A stretch of DNA of 59,289 nucleotides, counting the filler, from Sphacelaria rigidula (Eukaryota), in assembly GCA_964200075.2 (NCBI GenBank). It is 10 parts of 10 records of this genome, joined end to end, with 100 filler letters (N's around TTAATTAATTAA, not from the genome) between each part and the next. Parts side by side here need not be neighbours in the genome. Positions count along the whole stretch, not along the records: positions 35,635 to 41,473 come from CAXNAA020024064.1; positions 41,574 to 47,412 come from CAXNAA020024065.1; positions 47,513 to 53,351 come from CAXNAA020024066.1; 7 more parts are not named here. One strand, given 5' to 3'. The notes under the pieces were generated by a model that was given only the letters and a program-made list of their open reading frames with translations, was not told the DNA's origin and ran no database searches. This document shows, one piece after another, positions 37,351 through 49,747 of this stretch (positions within the stretch are counted from its first letter, which is position 1; every line of letters starts with the position of its first letter). A program made the translations under genes and the position numbers.

Positions 37351-39178
37351 CACACGTGGACAAATAGCACCCTGGGGGCACGTCTACAGGGTTCAGGGAA
37401 ACTGTGCAGTGTTTCTCGCGGGGATCTGGCTGTAGGTGTTTTTTGCGCCCCACAGGACGCTTCACAGGGTTCAGGGAAACTGTGCAGGGTTTCTCGCGGG
37501 GATTTGACTGTAGGGTATTGTTTTGTGCCACACAGGGCGCTGCATAGGGTTTCGTCACTCCGTGTAGAATCCATCCCTGTTAATATATTGTGCAGCCTTT
37601 ATAACAGGCATACATTATACTCCATATAGCACGGGCATGGTACTGGCAGAAAAAAACCTTCGACAAGTGGCAGGGGCGAGAATCGACCTCACGGTTTTTA
37701 CTCTGGAGTGTGTCAGGTTGTACATTGAGCTACCTGATTTATTGTTGACCACGAAATTATTTTGTGCTTTTAATAACTATCAAGAAAAACCCTCTTTAAA
37801 TAAAAGCATACTCAGTTGAGTGATTTTGATAGACTGCGGACCACGGGGTTTTCAAAAGCAATGTGCAGTCATATGCGAGGTATATGCCGTCATATCAGCA
37901 TCCACGTCTTGAGCGAAAGCGTCGTAGCTGAACTCTTGGGCGTGTGGAAATGCACTCGATCGTAATCAGTGTGTCGGATCTCCATTCAGCAAAAGCTGTT
38001 GAAAATTATTCATCCTTTAGCTCATGTGCATGGACCGGGAGGCAAAAGGATAAATTACTTTCAACATTTTTTTCTGCTTGTCGGATCCCATATGCTGATC
38101 ACGGTGCAATATGCGGGATTTCCCCAGCAGCTGACGCTGCTCGCAATAAATCTCTTTTGACTCATAACACAGTACTTACAAATTAGGGATGGATCTTTTA
38201 TTGTGGATGAGAAACCCAGCGAATTAAAATCTTCGTACCCACACCAAATCTTCGAAATATGGTTCCATTTTTTCATCTCCTGATAAATCTTGACAACTGT
38301 TACACGCCATACGAATTTCGATTTCGACCACCGCAATGTTGGGGTCCCAGGTGAAAAACCGATGTCGGAACCATTTCGGCGTCCGTTCGGTCACCCGGAA
38401 TTCCCCAATATTGTTTTTTCACCTAGGATCCCAACATTGCGGTGATCGAAAACCTAATTCGTATGGCGTGTAGCTGTTGTCAATAGCTATCAAGAGGTGA
38501 AGAAATGGAACCATATTTCGAAGATTTGGTGTAGATACGAAGATTGTAATTCTCGGGGTTTCTCATCCCCAATAAATGATCCATCCTCAAGTTGTGAGAT
38601 CCCGTTTCGTCCAATCTCCGGATGAATTGGAGGGCAAAGTGAAGATTTATTGGGATTTGCGCAGCAGAAGAAGCTGTTCGAAATAGATCCTTTTCTCGCT
38701 CATTTCAAAAATGGGCAGAAAAAAGATCGATTTTGAACAGCTTATTATTCTACTGTTCGAAGTAAATATTTCTTTTTGCCGAAATATATTGGGCGAGAAA
38801 AGGATATGTTTTGAACAGCTTGTCCTGCTGTCCAAAAAACACCTTTTGGCCCGATTCAAATCGAGTGGAGAGGAACTTACCTCGGACCGGAGATCAAGCT
38901 ATTGAAAATATTTAAATTTACAGATTTTGTACCAAAATATTTGGAATTTTGAAAACAAAAGTCGGGGTTTCTCACCAAAACACTACCACATGACTCTGCA
39001 GGGCTTTGCCGACAAGCCTACACGGGGCTGTAAACCCAACCCTGGGGAAAACCCTGTCAAAACGCTACGAAGGGTACAGGTTTGGATTTTCACTGTCAGG
39101 GTTTTTCAGAAAGACTGTGGAGGACCCTGTACGGACCCTGCACAGTGCGCCCCACAGGGTGCTATCTGTCCACAGGTG
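37351..39178. mobile_element. Non-autonomous CACTA/EnSpm-like element (CAC.. TIR, 2-bp TSD AA, ACAGGG/CCCTG subterminal repeats)
   Basis: TIR CAC(AC/CT)GTGGACA(A/G)ATAGCACCCTG; removal restores in-frame gag GGRRSN-HCRECG. Confidence 0.8.
38175..38598. repeat. Fold-back MITE nested in the CACTA-like element
   Basis: 38187-38358 is the reverse complement of 38414-38586; absent from the sister copy near 53640. Confidence 0.85.
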
Positions 39179-39894
39179 AACCACTGCCGGGAGTGCGGTT
39201 CAGACCGCAGTCAGCATCATGCCCCACACCAACATCCTGGCCATGAACGACCACCGAGATTCAATTCCCGTTCACATTCGTCATCCCCGCGTCAGTCCCA
39301 CAACAACAACCCCAATCCAAACCCCCGATCCTAATCATTCAATGTTCGCAATTACAATATATACTGTGATCGAGGTATGGATTCCCATACATGGAGTGAT
39401 GGGCAGAGAAATGTCGATCGCCGGCATGACTATCAAGATCTCAGCCCAGAACATCGTTCCGCACATCACGGAAGAAGCCACCCCCTCGTGATTATTCCTC
39501 CAGCAGCTCCCACGTTCATGAGGATTATGTACAGCGATCCGAGGCTTCCGTCCCCGATGACAACTTCGTCTCACGAGACGGTAATGCCTTCGATAACGCA
39601 AGATTCGCCCATTCCGTACGGCTCCCGCCTCCATCCCATGCCGAGCAACAACCGCAGCTCCCACCTTCACATCATATCCATCCCCAGCAGCAACCACCCC
39701 AATATCATGGCTTCTACCAGCAACCGCCACCCCCGTTGCAACACTATCAACAGCAACAGCAACACTATCCTACTGCAATGCGTGAGAGGACCGCGTGCTT
39801 AGAGGACCGCGCTGTAGTTCAAAACACCTCAGGATCGACGCTTTTCAAAACCAATCGGGCCAGTCCCTGCAGGTACCACGCCCCTGACAGTCAT

Positions 39895-39925
39895 CCTAAC
39901 ACTAACCCTAACCCTAACCCTAACC
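39895..39925 (+). repeat. Short interstitial (CCCTAA)n telomere-like tract
   Basis: CCTAACACTAACCCTAACCCTAACCCTAACC. Confidence 0.8.
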
Positions 39926-41573
39926 ATAGGGATATTCAAATTCCAATGCGGTCCTTTAAGCCCGCGGTCCTCTAACGCATTGCACTACTCCGCAATACAG
40001 CCCTCATCACCATCAATAACAATCTGCAGCTCCACCTCACGACCCATATCAGCAGCATCGGCAGCCGGCAGACCCCCCCGCTACGTCTTTTTCGCCTGCC
40101 GATACGTCCACTGCGCAGCATCGACTACTATTTACGGCGCGTTCTTTGCCCCAAGGCAAGTTTCGTTTCCGGCTTGGTAATTTTAATTCACGTAAGGATG
40201 ATGTACTATGTAGTGAGACCGCATCTAGTAGAAGTAAAAACGCAGAGGGGTGGATTGTAGATACCGGTACTACATACCATATCACAGGAAATGTAGATGA
40301 CGTTTTTGATTCACGATACCCTGCTCAGGGCATGGAGAACTTCACGATAGGTGACCGAACCAGACCTCCAGTCAAGGCGGTAGGTAGTTTATATTTGAGA
40401 TTCCAGATGGGATCTTTGGATGTTTCAATCCTCTCCACAGACCTCCCTGTAAAATTGACCAATGTCTACGTCGTAGAAGGCGTTAAGTTCAATCGTTTCT
40501 CCCTTTATCACATGCAGAAGCGACATGATATCGTTCTAAATTTGACTGGGGTGCAATTCTTCAACCGCAGATTACGTTCGGACCGCAAATCGCAATTTTC
40601 ATCACAGTTAGCAACGCGTTTTCCCCCCTTCCAACATCGACTCTCATTCCTTAACTACGGTTGTTTCGACTCCCTCAACTCCTCCAGTGTAATTTCGCCA
40701 TCCAGTATACGGTCAGACACACGTACTACTGTAGAGTCGCATTGGCGTTGCCGTACGAGTGAGATTGATCCTGTACAGTCGCGTTGCCCCAAGAGTGAGA
40801 TTGATCCCGTTTCTACGCTAGAGCCAGATCTTCAAACTACTGTAGAGTCGTCCCCCGTTCCCACTCAGTCTGATTCCTCGCTTGCTACGGTAGGGTCTTC
40901 ACCGACAAAATGCCCGGCATGTTCGCGACGAGTCTGAATCCCCGTGTTCTACTGTAGAATATTCACCGGCACATCATGCGCACGATGTTACTGTAGCGTC
41001 CCATTCCCGTACTCGGGAAGTTGATTCTTGTAGTGAGCCCGCGAGTAAGGAAAGTGATATTTTTACTCTCCCCCCAGTGCTGGCTCATGCCACTATTCCG
41101 CCAGAGGCGTTGTGTCTTCCACCCTAGTCTTCTTTGTCCAGCCTGCTTCAGCTACAAATGTTTTGTCTGGCGCCCCAGGTCTTGGTATCCAGCCTGGTTC
41201 CCCGGCAAGTGCTGTATATTTTGTGCGGTCTGTTCCGCGTATACAGCTTCTGCAACCACCGCCGATTCCGCTTAACGACAGGGGGGTTTATGGAGCAAGT
41301 ACCGTCGCCGACCCGCCGGCATCGTCTCAGCCGCTGATCAACGAGGTAAACCCGAGCCGCCACCGCCACCGTTGTTTTTCCATCATACTGTCTCGCCGCC
41401 GTCACGGCGCATCGTCGCTCCAACATCATACCATACTCCCCCACCGCCGAACCAACACCAACACATTTCTACCNNNNNNNNNNNNNNNNNNNNNNNNNNN
41501 NNNNNNNNNNNNNNNNNTTAATTAATTAANNNNNNNNNNNNNNNNNNNNNNNNNNNNNNNNNNNNNNNNNNNN

Positions 41574-41655
41574 ATCGCTGAAAGTGTGGGGAAAACACTG
41601 TTTTAGGCTTGAGCCTCATCTCAAAGGTAAACCTCAATTCGCACAATTTGCTGTT
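41574..41655 (-). repeat. About 80-bp repeat at the left end of piece 8, inverse of 47317-47398; also at 59205-59289 and in both arms of 56419-56813
   Basis: AACAGCAAATTGTGCGAATTGAGGTTTACCTTTGAGATGAGGCTCAAGCCTAAAACAGTGTTTTCCCCACACTTTCAGCGAT read identically at both ends of the piece. Confidence 0.9.
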
Positions 41656-41721
41656 GCTTACAACACTATTGGCACAAGGTTGCCACGCTAAATACGCACA
41701 CTCCACAGATTATCACCTCTG

Positions 41722-43267
41722 GACGTGTTGAAAATGTATTCGCCGCAGGTGTACAAACAAACTGCCGTTTCCCTTCACCTCGATGCTGAGGCTAAATCAG
41801 CTTCTCGGGATCGTCTCTCTAGGGTCAGGGGGTTTACACCGACGCTGTCCGCTAATGGCGCCTCACGTACGGAGGTGCCTCTTCAAGTGGCAGATCTGCT
41901 TGCTACATTTTTGGCATCTACAGGTAAGATAGGGTCGTACTCCTTAGCTCTGTTTCAGATTACTGCTGTTGTGAAGAAGGTCGGTGCAGGGGTTGTGAAT
42001 TTCGGAGGGCAGGTGCGTGGCAGCCTCTTACGGATCACCGAGATCAAGTGACGGTCATCGGCGGACGCAGAGAGAACGTGGGAGTGGGATCGGACGCAGC
42101 ACGAAGGTCTGCACCGTGATCATCATATAACCCCCTCCAATCTTGCGGTTCCCCCTCAATCCCCGCGTGAGCGATGACTTCACAACGTTCCTATTCACAC
42201 ACGATAAGCTCCGGGGGCTGACGGAGGCTCTCATTTGCGCGGTTGATGGATTAAAGGGCTGGAGTGCCCTTCCAATGCATTTGCGATACCAGGTTGGCGA
42301 CCTGAACCCACTGCCATTCCACGAGGCCCTCACGCACTCCCATCCATTGGATGACTCAGCATTTTGTGCAGTGTGGGGGGGCGCAAACGAATACCTTGCG
42401 TGCGCAATCTATGCGGTCGAGGTGACGAGGGTAAAAATGCGCCACCATGTCGGCGGCCACATGCTTCAGCGCGAGGAGTTACAGAAAATGAATGTTTGCA
42501 GATTTTGTGCCCGATCGGGGCAGTGCCGTTCTTCTACCAAGGTTCCCACCAAGCGTAACCAGGTCGGAACAGTACTGTCCGATTGTCGTTACGCGCCTAG
42601 GGCGGACATGCGGGGCGAGGAGGTACACCTGTGTCTTTCTTCGGCAAAAGTGGCGAGCAGGTCAACCCCCTGCACCAACCTGCCCATTCTGTGTAACTTT
42701 TGTGTGCAGCCACAGTACATCTGGAAGTATGGAATGGACGATCACGTCGCGGTGGAACACGCAGACAAGTGCGCCCTGCTCCAGAGCGACGACGAGGCCA
42801 AGGCTTTCGTCAACGAGTACACTGTGTCAGGCGCGGAAAAACAGCTTGTACTAGCCGCTTTCAATCAGTCTTCGAAGCCGAAGTCTGGGAGCGCAAGGGG
42901 TAGACCGCGTAAAACGGCACACGATAATACGGCCACGGGGTTGATGGGAACACAACAGGACGGGCGACGGCGGCGTGAGACGGGAGCTGGAAATGAGGCG
43001 GGTTTCCAAGATGGCAACGTGGGTGATAGTAGTGAGGAAGACGAGCAGGATGAAGAAGAGGAGGAGGAAGAAGAGCAAGAAGAACAAGAACAAGAACAAG
43101 AAGATAGCACGGGAGGGGGCAGGCGGGGACGTGAGGATCGCAAAAAGCGTGGCAGGTCTTATCCGGTCGACAGCGCAGCGGGGGAGGCGGTTAAATCTGT
43201 CCTGCCACCTAGAAGCCAGCGTGGACGTTTGAGGCACGCGAAAAGACGATTATCTCGTGATTCTTGA
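41722..43267 (+). pseudogene. Interrupted ORF with a Cys/His zinc-binding module and acidic/basic tail; probably transposon-derived
   Basis: SRDRLSRVRGF (41725 frame), stop at 42049, apparent frameshift near 42150, then CRFCARSGQC...SDC...PCTNLPILCNFC...IWKYGMDDHVAVEH, a GRPRK AT-hook-like motif and an E-rich tract. Confidence 0.6.
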
Positions 43268-46200
43268 AGGCCTCTGTAGTCCGAGTAGATAGTCGTGCGG
43301 GTGGCGTACTCCACACAGGATCTCCAACTTAGCTTATTTACGAATGTACAATGCACAACAGTGTTTGGATCTTGCTCGCGTAGTAGCCTTTCTGCTTGTC
43401 AATGAGCTTATCCTGACGATCAACACTATTATGCAGCAGTTTACACCAAGGCTCGCACGCTCCATACCATTGTCGACTGCAATTACCGCAGTCGAAAGTG
43501 ACCGCGGGTCAGACAAGTTTCGGCTCGGTTGTAGCAACCGCAACACTCACGGCGGTCGGCACAAGAAGACTGCCATGCAAATAAAACATGCTTGCTGCTT
43601 GCGCCTTCAAACATCAACAAGAGTGCAAGATGGGTTGCAACTAAGAGGCGCAAGTCTCCGACATAAAACGCTGACTGCGCTCGTCGATAGTGACTCGTGT
43701 CAGCGCGATATTACCCCCCACCCCCCACCCCGCTGTCGCCCTACACGTTTATTCATCGCGCACACACTGTTAATGTCGCCTTCCAGCGCACGGATATGTT
43801 TGGCACCTCAAAACCAAGTCTCATGACCAACGCGGCACATAGCGGTAACATACGCATTCAAAAGAAACTCGCGTGTTTTTGTTCGAAAAATCGGACCCAA
43901 AAAGAGGGTTCGTGAAGGGTTTGGGGTTAGTCATCTCCAATCCTGATGTACCCCTGAATTGGCATCATTTTTACTTGAAAAAGAGTGAAAATGATGCCGA
44001 CTCACGAAGAAGCCCCTGCGTGCAAACACCATGTTTCTGGGAGTCCGGTTCCCGGTGATTCGAGTTGCACAGTAAGTCCCATATATTTGGGCTCCTACAA
44101 GAAGGAGAGACCCACAAACAAAAAGGGTAACCCCTACCGTATCATTTCTCTGGTCTGCACTGTGCGGTATGGGGCAGATGTCGAAGTATATATGAATGGG
44201 AGTTGGAGCGTTCATATCTGCTGAAAGGTAGTTTCTCTTCAACAGGGCGGGGCAGATAGAAGCGTGGGGAGAAAAGAAATAGGGAGGTAGCAATGTACAA
44301 TACCGTAATCACCCAGCGCAATCAAGACAAGAATTGCGCAAGCGGGAACAGGGTAAGAGGGAGTCGGTGCAAGAAGAAATGGGAGCAGCGCGGCTTGAGG
44401 CGCCCGAAACATGCGGCTCAAACGAAAGCGTGATGCGAGGATGAACGCAGCGGAGGTATCAACAATAAGATTGCGCGGTATCAACAGTACTGCTTATACG
44501 TAATGTACTATGTACCGACGCCAAAATGTACTATAAAAGCTACCAGTTGGGAAAAAAAACTGACTTCCGAAAAAAAGACAGATGAAAAACTTCAGTCGAC
44601 AGTACGGCACCAGGATAAGCAGCCTAGGCTGGCGCAACAAGGACGCAATACAGACAGCTGATAATAGAGCAGCTCCTCTCCCTAGGGGAAGGAAAACAAC
44701 CCGTAAGAATCAAGCAGACGCTTCAAAAGGACGCCAAATGTCAAGGGGTAGGCAGGCGTATAAGCAAGCACGCCTGGCGAGATAGACGGGACAGTAGACT
44801 AGAGCAATCTTCCCCAAACTATATTCGTCGTATCTATGACCAATCAGCACCCCAAGCTCTTAGGTTCATTAAATAGATGGGTTGATATCCATTTGATTTA
44901 GGAGATTTCTCGTTCACTCGCATTCTTGATCGCTCTGCATGATGCTCTTCCACGCCTCTCATCGCACCATACTTGGCTTCGCAGACAGTCCGCAGTCGCA
45001 ACTGCTTCAGGAGCTGAGATGCTAGCTTACTATATATACCCTATTATCAAATTCACATCAGATCAGGCCTGCAATCTAGCAGTTCCTGAGTTGGCCATAG
45101 ACGCCCTCTAACCGCATGATACAGAGCCCTACACGATGACATCTACAAATGTATCTAACCCTGCAACCCTGTCACCGGCAGACGTGACTCCCGGCTCGAA
45201 GTTAGGGCAGCACCATAAGTTGAGGTTGGTTGCCAACCACCAGCATACAGCACAACAATACAAAAATGCAATGCAGTACCGAACAGTGGCATCTAGGGGG
45301 AGAGTTGTGCCGCGTCTCACAGACGGACGTGGGCAAACAGCTCCCTTTAGAGCAAGCTGCACAAGGTTCGTCTCAAGGAGTTTTTGTCAACACTCTCGAG
45401 ATCCTGGCAGGGTTTTAAAATGAGGTACCTTGCACGCCTTTCAGCACGCAGAAGTTTTCGTAGACGCTGTGACTAACCCTGTGGAGGAAAGTCGGCAAAC
45501 CCTGTTTTTTGATACGTGATCCATAGACAGGGACAGCTAGACACGACTGATGACGTCGATCAAAAGACACGGCTGAGCCGATCATGTTGTTGTAGAAGAG
45601 TTGTATTACATAGCTCGACTAAGCAAGTCAAGGAAGGAAAGAGAAGGAAGAGAAGAAAGTGAACTCGTGTGGCTACCTAAATCCGTGGTAAGCGGAGTTC
45701 TCAGACATTGCGTACGTGAGTACAAGACATACGCCTACTATGGTATCAAATCCCCCCGCATGTAACTGTCACAACCCGTGAAGACGGATACCTCTGTACC
45801 GTGGCTGGTCAGTACTGTAGACTACACTGAAAAGGCTGTTCACCTCAACAAACTCGGGCAGTCGTTTCAGTAGACTCACGGGAAACCAATCTAGACGACG
45901 ATTCATCCTGTGAGCGGGGATGTCTCTCAAGACCACTCACGTCACTGAACAGGTACTTTCGGAGAAAAATCGCACCTGCCCCCCCAGAGACAATATATAC
46001 CAGAACCATATGTGCGCCCCTTCTTTTGAAAAGTTACAGTACCTCACTTCGCAAAGTTCTCTGTACCTCATTCAAATTCTTGCGCTCGAAGATCGCGATC
46101 ACCGTTCCAAGATCCAAAACCAAGCTCTCGTGGAACTAGAATAAGAATAATATCTGTATTTGGAAATTTGCAAACAAACTCTCACGTTTTGCGCTTTTCC

Positions 46201-47512
46201 ATGGTGCAAGCAATACAGTGCACACCTAGTATCGGTTCAGACATGCATCCAACTCTGCAGCATAGTACAAATCAAGGCTCTCACGCTCATCTTGCAGTAC
46301 AGCGTGCGCATCACCAAGTGCACATGCCCTATTTTTCAAATCTTGCGAGATATTAATCTTCCAAACAGAAAAACAGAACAATACTATTTCAGTCAAAGAC
46401 CATGCGGCTCTTACATCGCGATCCGGCGGAGCAATAATTCCTGACACCTTCTGGCATACAGTCAATCAAGTGTGTAATCAATCGTGTACCAAACCTTCTA
46501 CTTAGCGAACCGGCAGAGCGAAAGTTTGCTCAACTGTTTACAACACGCGCAATCGAAAGCACAACATGACATCACATCCAGCGTCCCCCCCTCACTTTTT
46601 GCTTTCAAATGGTCTGCGTCTCTCTCTTGCCCCCCTCGTTTCGGGCTACGGCACTGGGGGGCGTCTGCATCGTAAATCGTTGTTTCCTCTCCCCACCGAT
46701 GTCCACCGAGAGATCCATGCAGCGGGGAGTTGTGCTCGTTGCCGGTTCGCGCCACCCAACATTAGCTTGCCACCTAACGCAGAAGGAACAATTTCAAATA
46801 TCGAGCCTCACCGGGAATTGAGTCTCCACGCGACACGGTGAAAATTTGGGGAAATATCCAGAATCATATTAGTCATCAGATCTCATCAGTATAGTGACAT
46901 CTCACTTCACCGACTGTTATAATCAAATCGAAAAAATGATTTCCACAAAGATTCACATCTCAACAGTCATCTGTATCTTACGTATCCTTGCTTCCAGATA
47001 CACACTTGGTTTTCCACGTTGTGTGGACATGCCCGCGCACGTTTTAGTCAGTTCACCAGGTTACAACTCCGGTCAACCATGAATAATTTGCGCTCTACAC
47101 TCTTGTTTTGGCATGCCGTGCCAGCATGTTTTCCCACCGTACATGATCCCAGTGCCACCAGTATATTAATCTTGACCACCAATCACGTGGGGTGAAAAAT
47201 GAGCATTTCTTCTTTTATAGTGTCATGCAATAACACCTGTTATTCACCTCATGGTGCTAGTTCTGCCAGCTCACAGCCTCAAAACTACATCCAAAACGGG
47301 TTCAAGGTAGCATTTAACAGCAAATTGTGCGAATTGAGGTTTACCTTTGAGATGAGGCTCAAGCCTAAAACAGTGTTTTCCCCACACTTTCAGCGATGGT
47401 GCCCAATGACGTNNNNNNNNNNNNNNNNNNNNNNNNNNNNNNNNNNNNNNNNNNNNTTAATTAATTAANNNNNNNNNNNNNNNNNNNNNNNNNNNNNNNN
47501 NNNNNNNNNNNN

Positions 47513-47522
47513 GGGTGGGCGG

Positions 47523-47555
<33 letters not shown>

Positions 47556-47645
47556 CGGGGGGGGGGGGGGGGGGGGGTACTCATTTTTTGCTTGCCTTAG
47601 TCGTCTGACCATTGACCACACGCGTCCCTTTCGAGACCGAGCACC
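47513..47645 (-). repeat. Poly(C)-tailed retroposon 3' end (minus strand)
   Basis: Reverse complement GGTCTCGAAAGGGACGCGTGTGGTCAATGGTCAGACGACTAAGGCAAGCAAAAAATGAGTACCCCC.... Confidence 0.78.
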
Positions 47646-49285
47646 GGGCGGGGGGGCGGGGAGAGGAAGGGCGTTCTCTTCTGTTTTTTTTTTGTTTTGG
47701 AGTCTCATGAGAAGACGGTCAATGGCGCTTCCATCTCATGTAAGGAACAGCAGTGGTGGTACCGTACAGTGCTAAAAAAGCAAGCCTAGATCTGCGACCG
47801 CGGGTTCGAGAGATCGGGCTAATGTGCGGAAGTAATTATCGTCATCATAGAAAGACCTACTTTTATCACAGATACCAATCTCGATTTGTACGCAGATCGG
47901 GGGGTTAACAGATGAGAAACGCATTTCATGGAACCCAATCTGGACCAAATCGGGGAAGCAAAAATTGGGATGTCACGATTTGAGAACGATTGTTCCCAAT
48001 TTTTCGCAAAAACCGGGGGAAAGCTGAGGTCCCCCCGATTTTGAGGAAGGTGAAGTACGTACATTGACGTACGATGGTAGGTTAAGAGGCGTTTGTTATT
48101 ATTGCAACCGTAGCAGGAGACGGTCTCGTGACAGCGCAGGGCGTGCTTGCCCGCGCCAGCTGCTGCAGCAGCTGTGCACGGGGTGTGGCAAGCGGATGAT
48201 AAGGGTTGACGGCGTACCCTGCGGATGGTGACATTTTATGCTGCACTGCGCTGCCGTATGCATCTCCACAACGAAGGGTAGTGTGCGCTGCCGTATGCAT
48301 CTCCACAACGAAGGGTAGTGTGCGATATTATCCCTGTCTGTCATCGCTGTACTTGCAGGGTGATGTATGGCACTGCACCGCTGAACTCTTCTTGCACACT
48401 GTTCTATGTTCTCGCAATACCGACTGTGCCATCATGTGTCACCACACGGCATTATCGTGTACTGTAGTGATGGCGTGCCAGGGTACGACACTGTAATCGA
48501 AGGATTATTCACCGCCCGCCTGCCTGCTCTTCGGCTTAACGAGTACGCGATACCACATCCATGCAGAAAATTACTGTCCGTGCACAGAATTATTTCACAA
48601 ATCTCTGAGACCAAAAAATTGTCATGCCCGTTAATGGAGGCCCTATCGACTATCGACCATAAATCCGTCAACAAATGATGAAAAGAAACGCGGAGGAATG
48701 ATGAAGACGTCATGACCTGTTCGGACCTGTGCCGAACCTATGCTGAACCTCTGCCGAACAGAACACACGCCCCATCCCAAGTTACCTAGATTTAGTATGC
48801 GACTGCTGTAATTTTTCATCGCCTCGTTCTCGAGACAGGGAGCAAACCGGTCTGTGGCACTTCACGGCCCCCCGCACACACACTAGACCTAGTGACCTAC
48901 GGGGCGGATTTTCTCAAGTCGCCACAGCGGATACGAAAAGCCCCGAAACGTTCAAGGAAGCGCGTTGTCAAGCACATTTTGGCGGTTTGCAGAGTGCTGC
49001 GGCCTCTGCGGCACGCGTTCCGGAATTCCGCCCTGTCAGTTACTAGGTCTGGTGTGTGGGAAGCACGCGCATCAAACCACAATCCCATCCTCCGCTTCTT
49101 TGCCGAGTTAGCCGTGTTGAAGGATAGACACAACAGCATACTGCAACACGAGGGGCACAACAACAGCACAAGCAGCAGCCGGTATCCTCCTGTTGTTGTA
49201 ACCCTGTTTACAGGTGTACAGCAACGTCAGTCACAGGTTTGTCGTAGAATGTACTATTTGTTCATGGCTAGAGAATTCTGGATTT

Positions 49286-49608
49286 TTTCAATTCCGCAAC
49301 CAAGACTTGAAAAAATCGAAGACCACAACCCAGTACTCCAAAATAAGTCCGGAATAAAAAACGAGACAAGAAAAAAGACAGTCTGACTCTGCCCAGCAGC
49401 GACCTCGTCGCAGTAGGTACGCAAGCTAACGGGCTAACTCGTGACTTTCAATTCCGCAACCAAGACTTGAAAAAATCGGAGACCACAACCCAATACTCCA
49501 AAATAAGTCCAAAACAAAAGACAAGACAGGAGAAAAGACAGACTGACTTTGCCCAGCAGCCACCTCGTCGCAGTGGGTACGCAAGCGAACGGGCTAACCA
49601 GTGACTTT
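49286..49608. repeat. Two tandem 160-bp direct repeats downstream of the tyrosine recombinase (terminal repeats of the YR retroelement)
   Basis: TTTCAATTCCGCAACCAAGACTTGAAAAAATCG...GGGCTAAC..GTGACTTT at 49286 and 49446. Confidence 0.85.
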
Positions 49609-49747
49609 CTGTTCTTGGTTGTTGACCCGCCCCCTTTTGCCGGGGCTGGTCAACACTTCCCCCGTTAGGCGGCCCGATGAGCTGTGCTCATATACAACGG
49701 TTCCCAGACCGTTCTCGTTAGCCACGTGTTAGTGGCTCCGAAGCAAG

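Larger units (their letters stand above)
36881..40620 (+). mobile_element. Degenerate Ty1/copia retrotransposon: gag, zinc-knuckle remnant and protease region, split by a DNA element
   Basis: gag LQMSPGESPLVFLSRA...ISETEANRHCARRLSSEYE; CRECG at about 39185; protease WIVDTGTTYHITG...IGD...AVGSL...LTNVYVV...FNRFSL. Confidence 0.85.

Noticed and set aside
45130..45765. Decayed coding-like stretch (...ESELVWLPKSVV...) faintly like a chromodomain
   Set aside because: Too short and interrupted to support without a profile search.
48248..48324. 37-bp direct repeat that could suggest a CRISPR array
   Set aside because: Two abutting copies with no spacer and no cas genes, in a eukaryotic context; a simple tandem duplication.
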